From Octopus bimaculoides (taxonomy: Eukaryota): DNA of 60,237 nucleotides. Below the pieces are notes generated by a model that worked only from the letters and a program-made list of their open reading frames with translations, was not told where the DNA came from and did no database searches. The stretch covers positions 41,635,859-41,696,095 of the forward strand of contig NC_068988.1 of the NCBI RefSeq assembly GCF_001194135.2, read 5' to 3'. Below, piece after piece: positions 25,776-38,780 of the stretch (position 1 is its first letter; each line of letters begins with the position of its first letter). The translations under genes and the position numbers were made by a program.

Positions 25776-26130
25776 ACACGTAGAAGTGGCTGTGTGGTAA
25801 GTAGTTTGCTTACGAACCACATGGTTCCGGGTTCAGTCCCACTGCGTGGCACCTTGGGCAAGTGTCTTCTACTATAGCTTCGGGCCGACCAAAGATTTGT
25901 GAGTGAATTTGGTAGACGGAAACTAAAAAAAGCCCGTCGTATATGTATATATATATATANNNNNNNNNNTACGTCCCCGTAACCTAGCGGTTCGGCAAAA
26001 GAAACCGATAGAATAAGTACTAGGCTTCCAAAGAATAAGTCCTGGAGTGGATTTGCTCGACTAAAGGCGGTGCTCCAACATGGCCACAGTCAAATGACTG
26101 AAACAAGTAAAAGAGGAAAAGAGTAAAAGA
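25776..26130 (+). mobile_element. Young, near full-length SINE family B (CORE-like)
   Basis: A-box GTGGCTGTGTGGTAAG, B-box GGGTTCAGTCCC, then CACCTTGGGCAAGTGTCTTCTACTATAGC, and tail ATGACTGAAACAAGTAAAAGAG. Confidence 0.92.
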
Positions 26131-26279
26131 GATATGTGTGTGTGTGTGTATGCATGTACGTAGATATCACGAATATATGCGTATATACTGTAGACATCAT
26201 GTATATATGAGTATATATTGTGGTGGTGGTGGGCGGTATTTATAAATTGCTTATTGTTTGAATATATGGATTTATTTAA

Positions 26280-26356
<77 letters not shown>

Positions 26357-26675
26357 TTCAAAAACAAAATGTTGTCATCACCAGAAAATAACAAAGATAC
26401 CTATGACAAATATTCATATAGCACATTATAAGGATAGTCTCTAGGGTAAATCCGACTAGCTATGTTCCGTATTGGCATGATATAAACCTGATTGGAAATA
26501 TGAATAGCACGAGGAGTGGAGCGTTTGATGTGTTGCTGTGACGTCAGATGCAGTAGTGACTAACATTGTAGGTGTTGTACTGTTCCTTGGTGAAGAGTGA
26601 TGAATTCAAAAAATACAGTTATGTTTTCATTTATATGTGTGTGTCTGTGTGCGAGTGTGTGCGTATGTATATGCA

Positions 26676-26731
<56 letters not shown>

Positions 26732-27587
26732 NNNNNNNNNNNNNNNNNNNNNNNNNNNNNNNNNNNNNNNNNNNNNNNNNNNNNNNNNNNNNNNNNNNNN
26801 NNNNNNNNNNNNNNNNNNNNNNNNNNNNNNNNNNNNNNNNNNNNNNNNNNNNNNNNNNNNNNNNNNNNNNNNNNNNNNNNNNNNNNNNNNNNNNNNNNNN
26901 NNNNNNNNNNNNNNNNNNNNNNNNNNNNNNNNNNNNNNNNNNNNNNNNNNNNNNNNNNNNNNNNNNNNNNNNNNNNNNNNNNNNNNNNNNNNNNNNNNNN
27001 NNNNNNNNNNNNNNNNNNNNNNNNNNNNNNNNNNNNNNNNNNNNNNNNNNNNNNNNNNNNNNNNNNNNNNNNNNNNNNNNNNNNNNNNNNNNNNNNNNNN
27101 NNNNNNNNNNNNNNNNNNNNNNNNNNNNNNNNNNNNNNNNNNNNNNNNNNNNNNNNNNNNNNNNNNNNNNNNNNNNNNNNNNNNNNNNNNNNNNNNNNNN
27201 NNNNNNNNNNNNNNNNNNNNNNNNNNNNNNNNNNNNNNNNNNNNNNNNNNNNNNNNNNNNNNNNNNNNNNNNNNNNNNNNNNNNNNNNNNNNNNNNNNNN
27301 NNNNNNNNNNNNNNNNNNNNNNNNNNNNNNNNNNNNNNNNNNNNNNNNNNNNNNNNNNNNNNNNNNNNNNNNNNNNNNNNNNNNNNNNNNNNNNNNNNNN
27401 NNNNNNNNNNNNNNNNNNNNNNNNNNNNNNNNNNNNNNNNNNNNNNNNNNNNNNNNNNNNNNNNNNNNNNNNNNNNNNNNNNNNNNNNNNNNNNNNNNNN
27501 NNNNNNNNNNNNNNNNNNNNNNNNNNNNNNNNNNNNNNNTCCCTCTCTCTGTATTATTATTATTATTTATTATTATTATTATTATTA

Positions 27588-27628
<41 letters not shown>

Positions 27629-28180
27629 GAGTGAGAGCGCAATGCATACCATCAAAGTGACATGGGGTAAAATATACCAAGCCCATTATACCCATCATAA
27701 CTACCCGTCTGATAAGGGTACACCAGGCACATGCATCACAATCATATGTGTGCGACATGGTGATCTCATATCAAGACAAACAGCACATAACCTCACAGGT
27801 GGGGCCCATTTAGAATTTTCTTCAGGTCGAGTAGCCCATCCTGCTCAAAAACTCCCTGAATAAGGTTTGTTTAAGGATGTTGAGCAAAACACCCATGTTT
27901 CCAGAGGTGAATTATTCAAACCCCAAAGAATACCTATGATGCTCCCCCACTACTTCTGCTCATGATCAGAGATGCACATATCGTCAGCCACCAAGGGACA
28001 TGCTCAATTGATTAAGGTCAAACAACTGACAAGCAAATCTGTGGTATTAAGCAGAATATTTGCTGTAGCTCATCTTTTATACCAAGACAAAAACAATGTA
28101 CATGATAACACTTCCAATCAATTAAGATCAGAAGCCACTGCCTGGTACTGCATCCGGGCATTTGGTACTGCATCCGGGCA

Positions 28181-28182
<2 letters not shown>
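27629..28182 (-). mobile_element. ~550-bp non-coding interspersed element flanked on both sides by (TAA)n
   Basis: Complex sequence between (TAT)n ~27553-27628 and (TAT)n 28183-28238. A 20-bp terminal tandem duplication TGGTACTGCATCCGGGCATT x2 lies at 28143-28182. No TIRs and no tRNA head. Strand is inferred from (AAT)n polarity. Confidence 0.65.
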
Positions 28183-28238
<56 letters not shown>

Positions 28239-28239
<1 letters not shown>

Positions 28240-28720
28240 CGGGCTGGGGTCCAGCGTACTGGAAGACCATTGAGAATGAGGTACCTCAGCTTTTGATAAG
28301 GTGTTAATTTTCTATAGGAAAAGGTCATTATTCTGTAAAACTAGTTATGAAGGGAATTGCATTGAACATTCGGGGGATCATTTGCTTGCACTTAAGATCA
28401 TGGAACACACGCATTCTTTGTGCTGAAATCCATATTGGTACTGGATATCTCGCCCTGGCTCGTTTCTGGATCATGTGAATAGGGTGCAGAGGGTCTGTGA
28501 AATGTTCTGAAAATCTAATTGGACATAAAATTTTAAGTTGTGCAGTTACCGGCGAGGAGACTTTCCGATCACCAAGCGAGTAGGAGGGCTCCGCAGCGAG
28601 CATGGAAACTGCAGGAGCGAACTCGCATAAACCCAGTCGCAAGTGCAATAGCCTAATGCACGAGCATTGCAGATATTTTCCATGGGCAATGGTCAGTGAT
28701 AGTCTTCCCCGATCTCGAGT
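28239..28720 (-). mobile_element. Decayed I-group (I/Nimb/Ingi-like) LINE fragment, region after RT
   Basis: Frameshifted AIALATGFMRVR / AVSMLAAEPSYSLGDRK...DPLHP resembles AIRLATGAFRTSPVxSLxAEAxEPSLxxRR...NPxH. Ends on (AAT)n. Confidence 0.4.
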
Positions 28721-29046
28721 GGATAACCATCATTGTCATCATGTATGTCTTATTCATTCAGTCCAAGCTGAGAATTCACATCATAGTGGCGTTATGACTG
28801 AACAGCAACATACATACATACATACGCGCGCATGTGTATTAACACCGCCCCTGTCTCAATAAGTGTTTTCGTCCAATGTTTCATTGATGTTTGTTTAGAC
28901 GCATTTGAGACCTCTCACTAGCCATGTCTTCTTTACAGTCGTAAGAGATGGCGAGTAATAGTTCTCGATCCCATCTAACAATCTCTAACTATTCATAGTC
29001 ATTATTTTCTTTCACAGCATTAGATATACAGCTCAAAATGTAAAAC

Positions 29047-29420
29047 TTTAATCAATAAGACCCATTTCGGTCATGAATGACCATGGGATTGCACCTAGAA
29101 AGTTTCCCTCCGAGGCACAAGTCAAGGCGAAGTTGTTTATTGAAAACCAGCAGTCGCCCATGCATACAAGGCCACCGATGTTATCCATGCAACCGCTGTT
29201 ATCCAAAGGAAAGGCAAAGGCTCTTTCCAGGCTACCGATGTTATCTAAGGGAAAGGCCAGTACAGCTTGGCACAAGTGACGTCGCAACTCATTTCTACTG
29301 ATGAGTGAACTAGATCAACGAGAAATAAAGTGTCTTCCTCAAGTGTACAATACAAAGCCCGATCCGAGAATCAAACTCACTACCTCTTGATTGTGAGCTC
29401 GATAATCCTACCACTGTGCC
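29047..29420 (-). mobile_element. SINE family D, near full length
   Basis: Reverse complement starts GGCACAGTGGTAGGATTATCGAGCTCACAATCAAGAGGTAGTGAGTTTGATTCTCGG (tRNA-like A/B boxes) and ends TTCTAGGTGCAATCCCATGGTCATTCATGACCGA. Confidence 0.8.
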
Positions 29421-29749
29421 AGTATAACATATCTAACGCATATGTTCGTTGAAAATTTAGAAGCTGATGTTTTTGACCGGGAAAAATCCCTTTTATAGAC
29501 ATATTTTGTTTAAAAAATATATATTTCAGAACGGGACAAAATGAAATCACCCAAGAAATGACCATGAGTGCGACAGATATGCATCTCGCCATAGATGCGA
29601 CTTGATAATGTCACGTACACGTCGCAGCTTCTGCTCTTTCAACAAGCACATACGTTAAGCCTATTGTATTGATAACGACTTTTACTATAGAAATACTTGT
29701 GTTGCATAAATTGAACTACAATGTGTTATTTTTATATTTCTTTGTAGTG

Positions 29750-30470
29750 TTTTGCATATCAATTGTTTCCTTTTAATTGACACTTCCTCTTATTCTCACA
29801 TCTTAAATGATGTCTTTATAATGCATCTTCCATCTCTACAATACATTTTTCTCTTATTTTCACAACTTATACAATATTTTCTCACATATTCCATCGTCAC
29901 AATAGTACCAGTTTCCTCTCCACATTATCACACAATGTCTCCTATCTTCCCTTCATACTGGACCCACTTTTGTATCCATATTATTTCACAATGTCATGTG
30001 TGTTCAATTTTATTTGCGCAATCCCTTTTACCTTTTTCAGAATCGTAATACAGTATGTTTCAGTTCTCATTTCATATCCTCAAGTGTTTTAACATAATAT
30101 TGTAAAACATTGTCTATTTTTTAGAGCTCTTCCATTACTGCATTGCTCTTCTATTATAAGAGTCCTTCATTAAAGTGCTTTAGCAAAATATACAACACTG
30201 TTTTTCTCCACTTTCCCATGCCTGTTACCTATTTTATGAGAATAATATAAACACTAGAGTTACAGAAACAATAAAGCTTATATTTCATTATTAAATTTGA
30301 TCTTTCAATATTCTGAAGCCTGTTGAATATCCTCTCTCTCAGTTTGATGAAACATGTTCAATATGCTGTGGATTATTTCCATACTGCTCTACTACTATTG
30401 CTTTTTTAAACACATATACGGCTCCACACGCTAATCAAATACAATCCAACCTTCCTCAAAACATGTGCGG
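29750..30470 (-). mobile_element. Very old CR1-like RT remnant
   Basis: Scattered motifs across frames: VYFAKA (cf. VYLDFxKAFD) and GYEMRT...VKGIAQ (cf. GREMRT...VxSGVPQ). Many stops. Confidence 0.35.
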
Positions 30471-30599
30471 CCCATATATACTAACGTTATTGTTGTTGTT
30501 TTGGTAGTCTCGAGAAAAACGATTCTGCAATATCTTGCTGAACAACCTGCAGTGTTTCATAGTAATCAAATGTAATCAATCCTTCCATCAAATCGACAT

Positions 30600-31060
30600 G
30601 TGATATGTGCCACATGTTACATATCAAAGTGATCGCAGAGCAATGTAAACTGATATTTTTGGCTCAAGAACACAACGCTTCGCTCGGTCCGGCAATCGAA
30701 GCCATGAACCTGCGATCGTGAGTGCAACACCCTAACCACTAGGTCACGCGCTCTCACACATACACCAACGATTCACCTTCTAAGCTTCCTCAACTTACGT
30801 GCTATTATACTTTCCCAACATACGTTCGATCCCATGTGCCAATTAATCGCATTCTCCCACCCCGACATATATGAAGTTCCATGTAAAAGTGAGGTAAAGT
30901 TACCTTCTCGAGTCATACCGAACCATAAGGGTTTATTTCCCGGTTTCCATGGCGTAAATTTATTCCCCACCTGGACGGGACGCCGGTCCGTCGCGGGATT
31001 GGAGAACGTGAAATGAAGTGTTTTGCTCAACACCCTAACCACTAAGCCACGTGCCTCCAC
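30600..31060 (-). mobile_element. Two SINE family D copies (~30600-30757 and ~30890-31060)
   Basis: Both end in CACCCTAACCACTA(G/A)G(T/C)CACG, the reverse complement of a tRNA-like head CGTGRCYTAGTGGTTAGGGTG. Confidence 0.8.
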
Positions 31061-32933
31061 TGAAGTTCCATATACCGAGGAACTGTACAGCACCCTTCCC
31101 CTTCCCTTCCCCTGAGTTATGCCTCAGACTGTTATCGTTTTTCATCATTACTTTGTCTTAATGACATGCATTTCTCTCATCTCATGGACATCTAAAGTCC
31201 ACTATATTAAGGTTTTCCGTAATATTCAATCGCATGTAAAGTGCGAACTATGTTTGAAGTTGCAATCTTAAAGACATGTATAAGCAAAAGAAGTTAAGTC
31301 AAACATTATAAGACTTGCTGGAACCCTTTTCTGGCCCCAGTTTTTAATCCTAACTTTTGGTCCCGGCAATGTCTTATTATTTAAATATAGAGTTCTATAT
31401 AAAAGACGTACAAACGGAAATACTAACAAATTGAAAATCTTTAAACTCTAAGCTGCAACAAACACAACGTCCCCACAATATAATTCACAATGGTCCTATA
31501 TACAGAATAAAAACTATTAGTAATTTAGCAGTGTAATATACCTCTCAGAATCCTCGAAGAGTTCCTGTCTTTTACACTTTGAAATGTACACAGGATTTCT
31601 GATCCATTCTATCTGAACTTCTAAAATTGATCATCAACAGATAAAATTGAATTTAACTCTGTAAAAGAAATGACTCAATCATACGTTTCAGGGTATTCTT
31701 ATTTAACTATAAAACGCTATCATGTCTATTTAGATTTGGGTGCACTGAACTGTTGAATGCCGATTTTCTCAGACAATAAATCAATACCATACAATGCAGA
31801 GATATATACTTTTTAAATCTAGAATCCATTCTTGTAAGTTATATTGCCTTGTGATATCTTTGGCAGACCAATAAAATATCTATCTATGCTATCCTCTATT
31901 TAAATTACTGCAAACATTGTCTGTCTTCCTTTCATTTCGCCAGACCAACTTCCGCTCATAGTTCTCATTTTTATTCGGCTTTTCATCTGAAGATGTCGGC
32001 CTTTTCACACTTTTACTCATGCTGTCACGTTTTCATTTTGCCTCGAAATATCGCCTTCTCTTAAACACAGTTTTATACATTTTAAAAACTTTATCAAGTG
32101 AGACACCTACGTAGTTGCTTGACATGCTAGAAATAGCAATCTAGTCTCCCTCAAACTACACAGTACCATGTTTAAAATAGACACATTGAATAATATCTTC
32201 CGAGATACTATGCCTTCAACAGATAATAAGTGTACGACGAGCATGCCATTATAACAGGTTGCTTGATCAAGGGTAAATAACCGCCATAAAATGTGTTAAT
32301 AATGTTGCATAGATTTTTTTTATTTCGTTTCATATTAACCAATTTCTTCAGTGATATTTTCATTGTGCCGTCCATTTTACACTTCATTTCTGTTTCCATT
32401 TCATCTTACCAAAACCTTCCTGTTCCTTTTGTTATACACTACACTTACGTTTTTCCCATTGTTGCAATTCTTACCACACCACATTGTCGCCACACGTTGT
32501 ATCATAATTTTATGCAAAGAAACCTAAACGTTTACCTACTTTTATGCACTGTTCTGCATCCCCCTCCTCCCTATCTCATTCGATCTTGCTCTCTTCTTCA
32601 CTTTTACACATCAAATTATGCCTTCAACTCGTCTCACAGACTAGTTATGTATCATTATTAAAGATAGACTGCATATTCAATTCCGGTAATATTTCAAAGC
32701 CAATTATGATCAAATATGCAGTTAAAGAAAAAGTAATATTAGTATAAGATTACAATAATATTCTGTCTCAGCACTTGCTGGAGACCATTTTGCAGATGCT
32801 TTGTTAATATTATAACTTCTCAGCGAAGTGTTGACTGCTCTCTTTTCATTTCAACCAAACTTCTCTTCACAAACTATACTCTTGAAGTATGATATCTTAC
32901 GGAATGTCTTTATCCGAAAAATATATGACATTT

Positions 32934-33002
<69 letters not shown>

Positions 33003-33709
33003 CAGTAGTAGTAGTAGTTTCAGGTAGTCCCAACTCAATTAAATATTTTATAAATATTGAATACCTATTAAATGACATCTTAGTCAATCCTGACAAGCAA
33101 GACTACCTAGTATACAATGTGTGGTATGTGGCCGAAACATTTTTGAATGTATTTGACAGTTTATAGGGAAAATTCCATGGGTTACATCGATAGGGTCGAT
33201 TTTCTTTCACCGTTATCGCTTATATTGATCCATCTCCATTTAAAAACAATAGAATTCATGAGGTGGAATTTCGGTAGTAATACTAAGTTGATGAACCGCT
33301 GTCAACTCAATATTATACCCATTTCTAATGTGTTGTGTTGTTTATATGTTTATGTTTTCTGCTATGAAAACAGTTGCTTGTTTACATTGTCTTAATGAAT
33401 AAACCTAATTGTTGTAGGAGCTGTGGTTTTTATGAAAGCTATTTCACTTGTGAGATGTCAATCTGAGATGTATGTTTAGTGGATGAATACGTGCAAGATC
33501 CTTTGTGTAACTGTGTAATGATTACGTCACATTTAATGCCTGCAGAAGTTCGAAATGCATTGTTCTGGATATATTGTAGAGCTTCTTGCTGTTTGTGCGG
33601 AAACTGATTAGAAACCAGACAGTAATCTAGTGTAGGTTATGTGATTGTTTTGTACATATTGACGATATAACTACTATTGGCCCCATTTTGAATTTAAATA
33701 CGTTAAACG

Positions 33710-33801
<92 letters not shown>

Positions 33802-33989
33802 TTGTACTTTCGCTTGAGTATTTTGATGTACTCAGAATGAATTTGTTTAACCTCGAGTGTAAGATCCATCTGTCATCATCTTCATCACTATCGCAGCCAT
33901 CGCCACTACCTCCTCCTCTTCCTCCTCCTCCTCCTCCTCATCATCATCATCATCATCGTTGTTGCCTTGGCCATGACCCTTATGTTTCG

Positions 33990-34500
33990 TCGTTTCCGTG
34001 AAGAGCACCGGGGCTGCATGTTTTCTTGCTTCGTCCTTAGACATAAAAAGAAAACGCACCCATTTGTAACCAACCCCATCATACCACAAATTTTCCAGGA
34101 CCCCCTGTAAGTGCTCTTTTGAGGTCGTATAACAGCCTCTCTCGCTCATCGAAAAACACAGTTGTGTTAGTTTTCTCCTCCCACAATTTTGTTGATACCA
34201 TCACCCAACGCATCACAGCCTTTCCTGAAATATTATTCTTTCACATCCATTTCCGGGAGCTACATTCAATATTTCTTTTTGACTCACAATGGTTGCAAGC
34301 GACGAATTACTCTTGTTGTTTATAAAGTTTACTTTTTTGCTCTTGTGCATGTTGATGTATGAATGCTTGTTTACAAAAAGTGTCACTATTTTCTGTTTGT
34401 CTTCTACAAATTAGTGTCCCTGTTTATACAAAACTATAAATTATTTTTGAAAACTTTTGTCGACGGACGTTTCCGTTGCTATAGGGAATGTGGCTAACAT
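33990..34500 (-). mobile_element. Decayed Tc1/mariner-superfamily transposase 5' remnant, ATG at 34350
   Basis: Frames give (Q)EQKVNF..SLATI, ISGKAVMRWV and EAVIRPQKSTYRGS, resembling mariner N-terminal HTH motifs (EQK..V, PSxxxIxRWV, AVxRSPxKSxRRxS). Confidence 0.4.
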
Positions 34501-35098
34501 CCCTCACTGCTTCTCGATAGGAAGCCATATTAAATTATGATTATGGTAATATTTACACAAATATAAATTATAAAAAGAAAATGTCCAAGGACAATATTTT
34601 TCTACCCTGAGGTGATGTGGTAGATGTTCAAACATTCTAAAATCTTTCGTAGCAAAAATGAGACAAATAAAGACGTAAATAAACTTCAATTCCATCAGCT
34701 TACCCTTTTGCAAATATAATTCTTACCCGTTCATTCACTGCAAACGCTACTACTACTACTATCACCATCACCACCACCACCACCACTACTACTACTACTT
34801 CCACCACCACCACCACCACCACCACTACTACTACTTCCACCACCACCACCACCACCACCACTACTACTACNNNNNNNNNNNNNNNNNNNNNNNNNNNNNN
34901 NNNNNNNNNNNNNNNNNNNNNNNNNNNNNNNNNNNNNNNNNNNNNNNNNNNNNNNNNNNNNNNNNNNNNNNNNNNNNNNNNNNNNNNNNNNNNNNNNNNN
35001 NNNNNNNNNNNNNNNNNNNNNNNNNNNNNNNNNNNNNNNNNNNNNNNNNNNNNNNNNNNNNNNNNNNNNNNNNNNNNNNNNNNNNNNNNNNNNNNNNN

Positions 35099-35150
<52 letters not shown>

Positions 35151-35151
35151 T

Positions 35152-35183
<32 letters not shown>

Positions 35184-35429
35184 TTGTTGCTGCTGCTGCT
35201 GTTGGCTGTACTGCTTCTGTTAGTACTGCTGATGCTGATGCAGGCGCTGCTACCGCCGCAACTGTTGCTAGTGTTGCTGTTGTTAATATTCATTCGTCTT
35301 CGCGAGATTCTTTCCTACGACATTCTGATCACATGTCTATAGCATCGGAACTGCCACATCTTAATGCAGAGGAGTACCAGATCGCCCCGGAAACACACCC
35401 TTATCTCCGAGCTTGTTTGCTACGGGCCA

Positions 35430-35840
35430 CGTATTTGCCATGCAGAGGTTTCTGTTCCCACCTATCAGCCAATTGTTCAGTCACTTTTCCCTTGCCATTA
35501 ATTTCATATTCTTTGCACTAATATTTGCCGCACATCCTTCAGACTCTTCAGCCTGGGTATCATTCAGTAACAAATATTTTGCTCTCCTCCAGCATAGAAT
35601 GATCGTTTTTAGAATTCATACAGAATATCAAACGGCACTTTCTGCATGTCACCAATGCTACCTCAATGCCAAAATCCCTCAAACTCTTAGACTGTTTAGT
35701 TGTTGTGTTAAGTTCACCAATTACCTCAAGAATAATTGTCGTCTTAGTCTTTCACAATCTCTTCATCTCTCTGGTTAGGTCCTGATATTTCTCAGTTTTC
35801 TCAATTTCCTTGACATCCACTCTATAGTCATATGGTACTG
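35430..35840 (-). mobile_element. Two decayed R4/Dong-type LINE fragments
   Basis: ~35640-35840 reads VPYDYRVDVKEIEKTEKYQDLTREMKRL*KTKTTIILEVIG (RLE C-terminus). ~35430-35500 reads ADRWEQKPLHGKYVARSKQA, homologous to RWTHKSLHGEY at ~59750. Confidence 0.7.
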
Positions 35841-35914
35841 TCAGTGATCTTTTTTTTAATTTTTATTTGCCATCTACAATCATATCTGGTGTATTTGCTT
35901 CAATAGTATTCGTT

Positions 35915-36246
35915 TATATTTTTACTTGTTTCAGTCATTTGATTTTGGCCATACTGGAGCACCGCCTTAAAGGGCTTTAGTCGCATAAATCGACCCCATG
36001 ACTTATTCTTTGTAAGCCTAGTACTTATTCTATCGGTCTCTTTTGCTGAACCGTTAAGTTACGGGAATATAAACATACCAACATACACACGTATATATAT
36101 ATACGACGGGCTTCTTTCAGCTTCCGTCCACTCACAAGACGGCCTGAGGATATAGTAGGTGACATTTGCCCAGAATGACACGCAGTGGGACTGAACCCAG
36201 AACCATGTGGTTGTGAAGCAAGCTTCTTGCTACACAGCCACGTCTC
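35915..36246 (-). mobile_element. SINE family B
   Basis: Complete tail, central and head motifs on the reverse strand. Confidence 0.85.
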
Positions 36247-36307
36247 ATTTTTGATGGGGAAGTCTCATAGAATCTTGTCATTATTAGTCTTTCTATTATC
36301 ATCATCA

Positions 36308-36369
<62 letters not shown>

Positions 36370-36414
36370 GATTGATTGATTGATTGATTGACAGAGTCGT
36401 TTGATTGACAAAAT

Positions 36415-37030
36415 GTCTTGCATTACGTCCTTCGGTTCTTTACTTTCTGTTTTCAAATTCCTCCTAGGTCATCTTTGCCTTTTGAGTTTCCGGGGTCGAT
36501 AAAATAACGTACCAGTCGAGTACTTGGTTGGATTAAATTGACACATTCCTTCCCATAAAATTTCAAGCCTTTTGGTTATATGAGAAACAAATATGATAAC
36601 GGTAGATTGACCGAATCGTCAGAGCGTTAGACAAAATTCACTGCGGTATTTGTTCTGGCATTTTTAGTTCCGATGTTGATTACATAAATTAGCAGAGCAC
36701 TACTGTAGTTGATTTCAATGGTTAACCCCACTCATTGCCAAATTTGTGCCGTTGTGCCTATGTTACAACTAATTTTCGTATTATCACATTCTTGAAGGCG
36801 GTGAGCTGAAAGAATTGTCAGAGTGACAGACAAAATGCTTTGCGGTATTTATTTCACTTCTTCACGTCCTGAGTTCAAACCTCTCCAAGGTCGACTTTGG
36901 CTTTCATCCTTTTGTGGTTATTAAAATAGGATACCAGTCTGGAGGGTCGATGAAATGGGGCAGCACACTAGAGTCTAATGTACCGATTGACTCCTTGGCT
37001 CCCAAACTGATGTTCTTGCATCTAAATTAG
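36415..37030 (+). mobile_element. Three tandem diverged SINE family A copies
   Basis: Repeated GAGTTCAAA/GGTCGACTTTG/GGGTCGATAAAA motifs at ~36430, ~36610 and ~36800. Confidence 0.7.
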
Positions 37031-38379
37031 AAACGTCTATTCTTGCAGTCTTGGCAAATCTCTACTAACTGAAGGTCTAATACCTATTTAGACCCTAAAA
37101 TGTAATTAATATTAAATTTTAACTGGAGAAGAATCTTATGAAAGTAATGGTAGGGTCTATGGGATGATTGTCGTAATTTGAAGTAAAAGTGGTGGTAGTT
37201 GTGCTTCATCTCAAAAGTTTGAGGGATATTTGGCTGCTACTTCTAGTAAATGAAGCGACTACGTAATGGCTTGTTCATTGTTTTGTGTAGTTGTTGTTGC
37301 CGTTGTTGATGATGATTGTATATTGTGTAGTCTGTAGTGATGAAATAATCACAGTGGTGGTGGTGGTGGGGGGTGCGTTGATGTTTGGTTAGTGATGGGT
37401 ATGTTGAGGTTGATAACGACGTTGACGTTGATGGTCAGTGTGAAATGCAATTACGATGATAAGGCAGATATGAAATAAATCGATAAATGATTGAATTTGA
37501 CACAATTGATTGTGACGCTGACAGAAGTGAAGATACAGAAGTTGATGACTGCACTAACAACGACAATGATGATGATGATGATGACAGGGTTGATAATAAC
37601 AAAGATGATGATGGTGACGACGACGGTGATGGCGACGGCAAGGACGATGATGACGATGGTGATGATGATGATGGTGTTATAAAGAATAGAAAAATGATAT
37701 GGTGAAGGAAGCGCTGACAGATTTCTTTAGAGAAATCTGATAAAGGATCGCCAAAAAACAGTTACCAAGAATTAGATTTACAACAACAAACACTAACACC
37801 ACAAATACAACGATTACAAGACTTACAACAATAAGCACTGCACTACTACAGCATCAGTTGCTACTGCTGCTGCTGCTGCTGCTACTGCTGCTACTGCTAC
37901 TACTACTACTACTACTATTGTAACCTCCACAAACACCACTAGAACTTCCACAACTCCAACAATAACTGCTACTATGACAAATAGTAGTAGTAGCAACAAT
38001 TACAAGTTCTCGATCTACAGCAGTAACCATAACTAACCACAATTATAGTAACCGCTACAACTACATCAAATATTTCTACTATTACTATTACTTCTAAAAT
38101 TACAACAATTATTTTTAAAGCATAATTTTAATCTATCTACTCTAATCTTGAATATCTCGTAACTGAAACCCTCAGATGAGACGCTTCTAATCTATAACAG
38201 TGAACCGAGCAAAAACTGTATTCGAAAGACTGGCTGAAAAAGACAAAAATGAACGGCATTCCTAAGGTAGTCCTTGCTGTTTAGAAGCAGAAAGAAACTG
38301 GATCCCAAAGGCTACTTTTACACTTTAGGACCAGACAAATTCTATCCCGACACTGGCCTTACACTTAAGTATCAGAATC

Positions 38380-38780
38380 AAATCAATTCTAATTACAAAA
38401 TGCTGCGCTACAGATTCCTTTTAAAGCTCAAGTGAGAACTACATGAAGTACCACATAACACAATACTGATGTTATACACATAGCCATTTTACATTGCATT
38501 CAAAAGAAAGTCATAGAGCTGATAGCAAAAGACTGGCTCAGCAACACACTTCAACATATACCACAAAAACGTACTGTCTCGTCTCTCAGACTTTCATACC
38601 ACAGTGGCCCTTGCTCTTAAGAGGCAAACGTGGTATATGAATAGCATATTTAGCCAAGCCAAACTGCCGACCTAGTTGTCTTTTCTGCTATCGTCACCTC
38701 TATTCTGTTACTCCCCCAGGATCCTGCACGCACCAACATGCTAAATTATTTGTCCCTCAGCATCAATCTGCACCAACTTC
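38380..38780 (+). mobile_element. Decayed CR1-like LINE, RT C-terminal region
   Basis: 38489-38620 reads LHCIQKKVIELIAKDWLSNTLQHIPQKRTVSSLRLSYHSGPCS*, preceded by KAQVRTT. Matches the CR1-group pattern KAQIRPxLEY...LDxIQKKAIRLI..LTxTLQPLxHRRxVSSL. Confidence 0.65.

Noticed and set aside
25776-25850. tRNA-like sequences (SINE A, B and D heads)
   Set aside because: They have A/B boxes but no complete cloverleaf, and each continues into a SINE body. Not tRNA genes.
29298-29335. Hammerhead-like CTGATGA...GAAA; also CAGATGA...CGAAA near 38170-38230
   Set aside because: The first is a point-mutated SINE D segment (other copies read differently). Neither can form stems I-III around the core.
29880-32540. 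USP His-box-like readings (MWRGNWYYCDDG, MWCGKNCNNG) in two similar purine-rich segments
   Set aside because: There is no GHY motif and there are many stops. The neighbouring sequence fits an old CR1-like RT.
33439-34492. Two-exon small gene model (X-box-like GTTGCTATAG, ATCAACATG at 34350, donor at 34288, acceptor at 33603)
   Set aside because: The ATG region and downstream frames fit a decayed mariner transposase N-terminus better. The spliced 75-aa product resembles nothing I know. Not fully excluded without RNA-seq.
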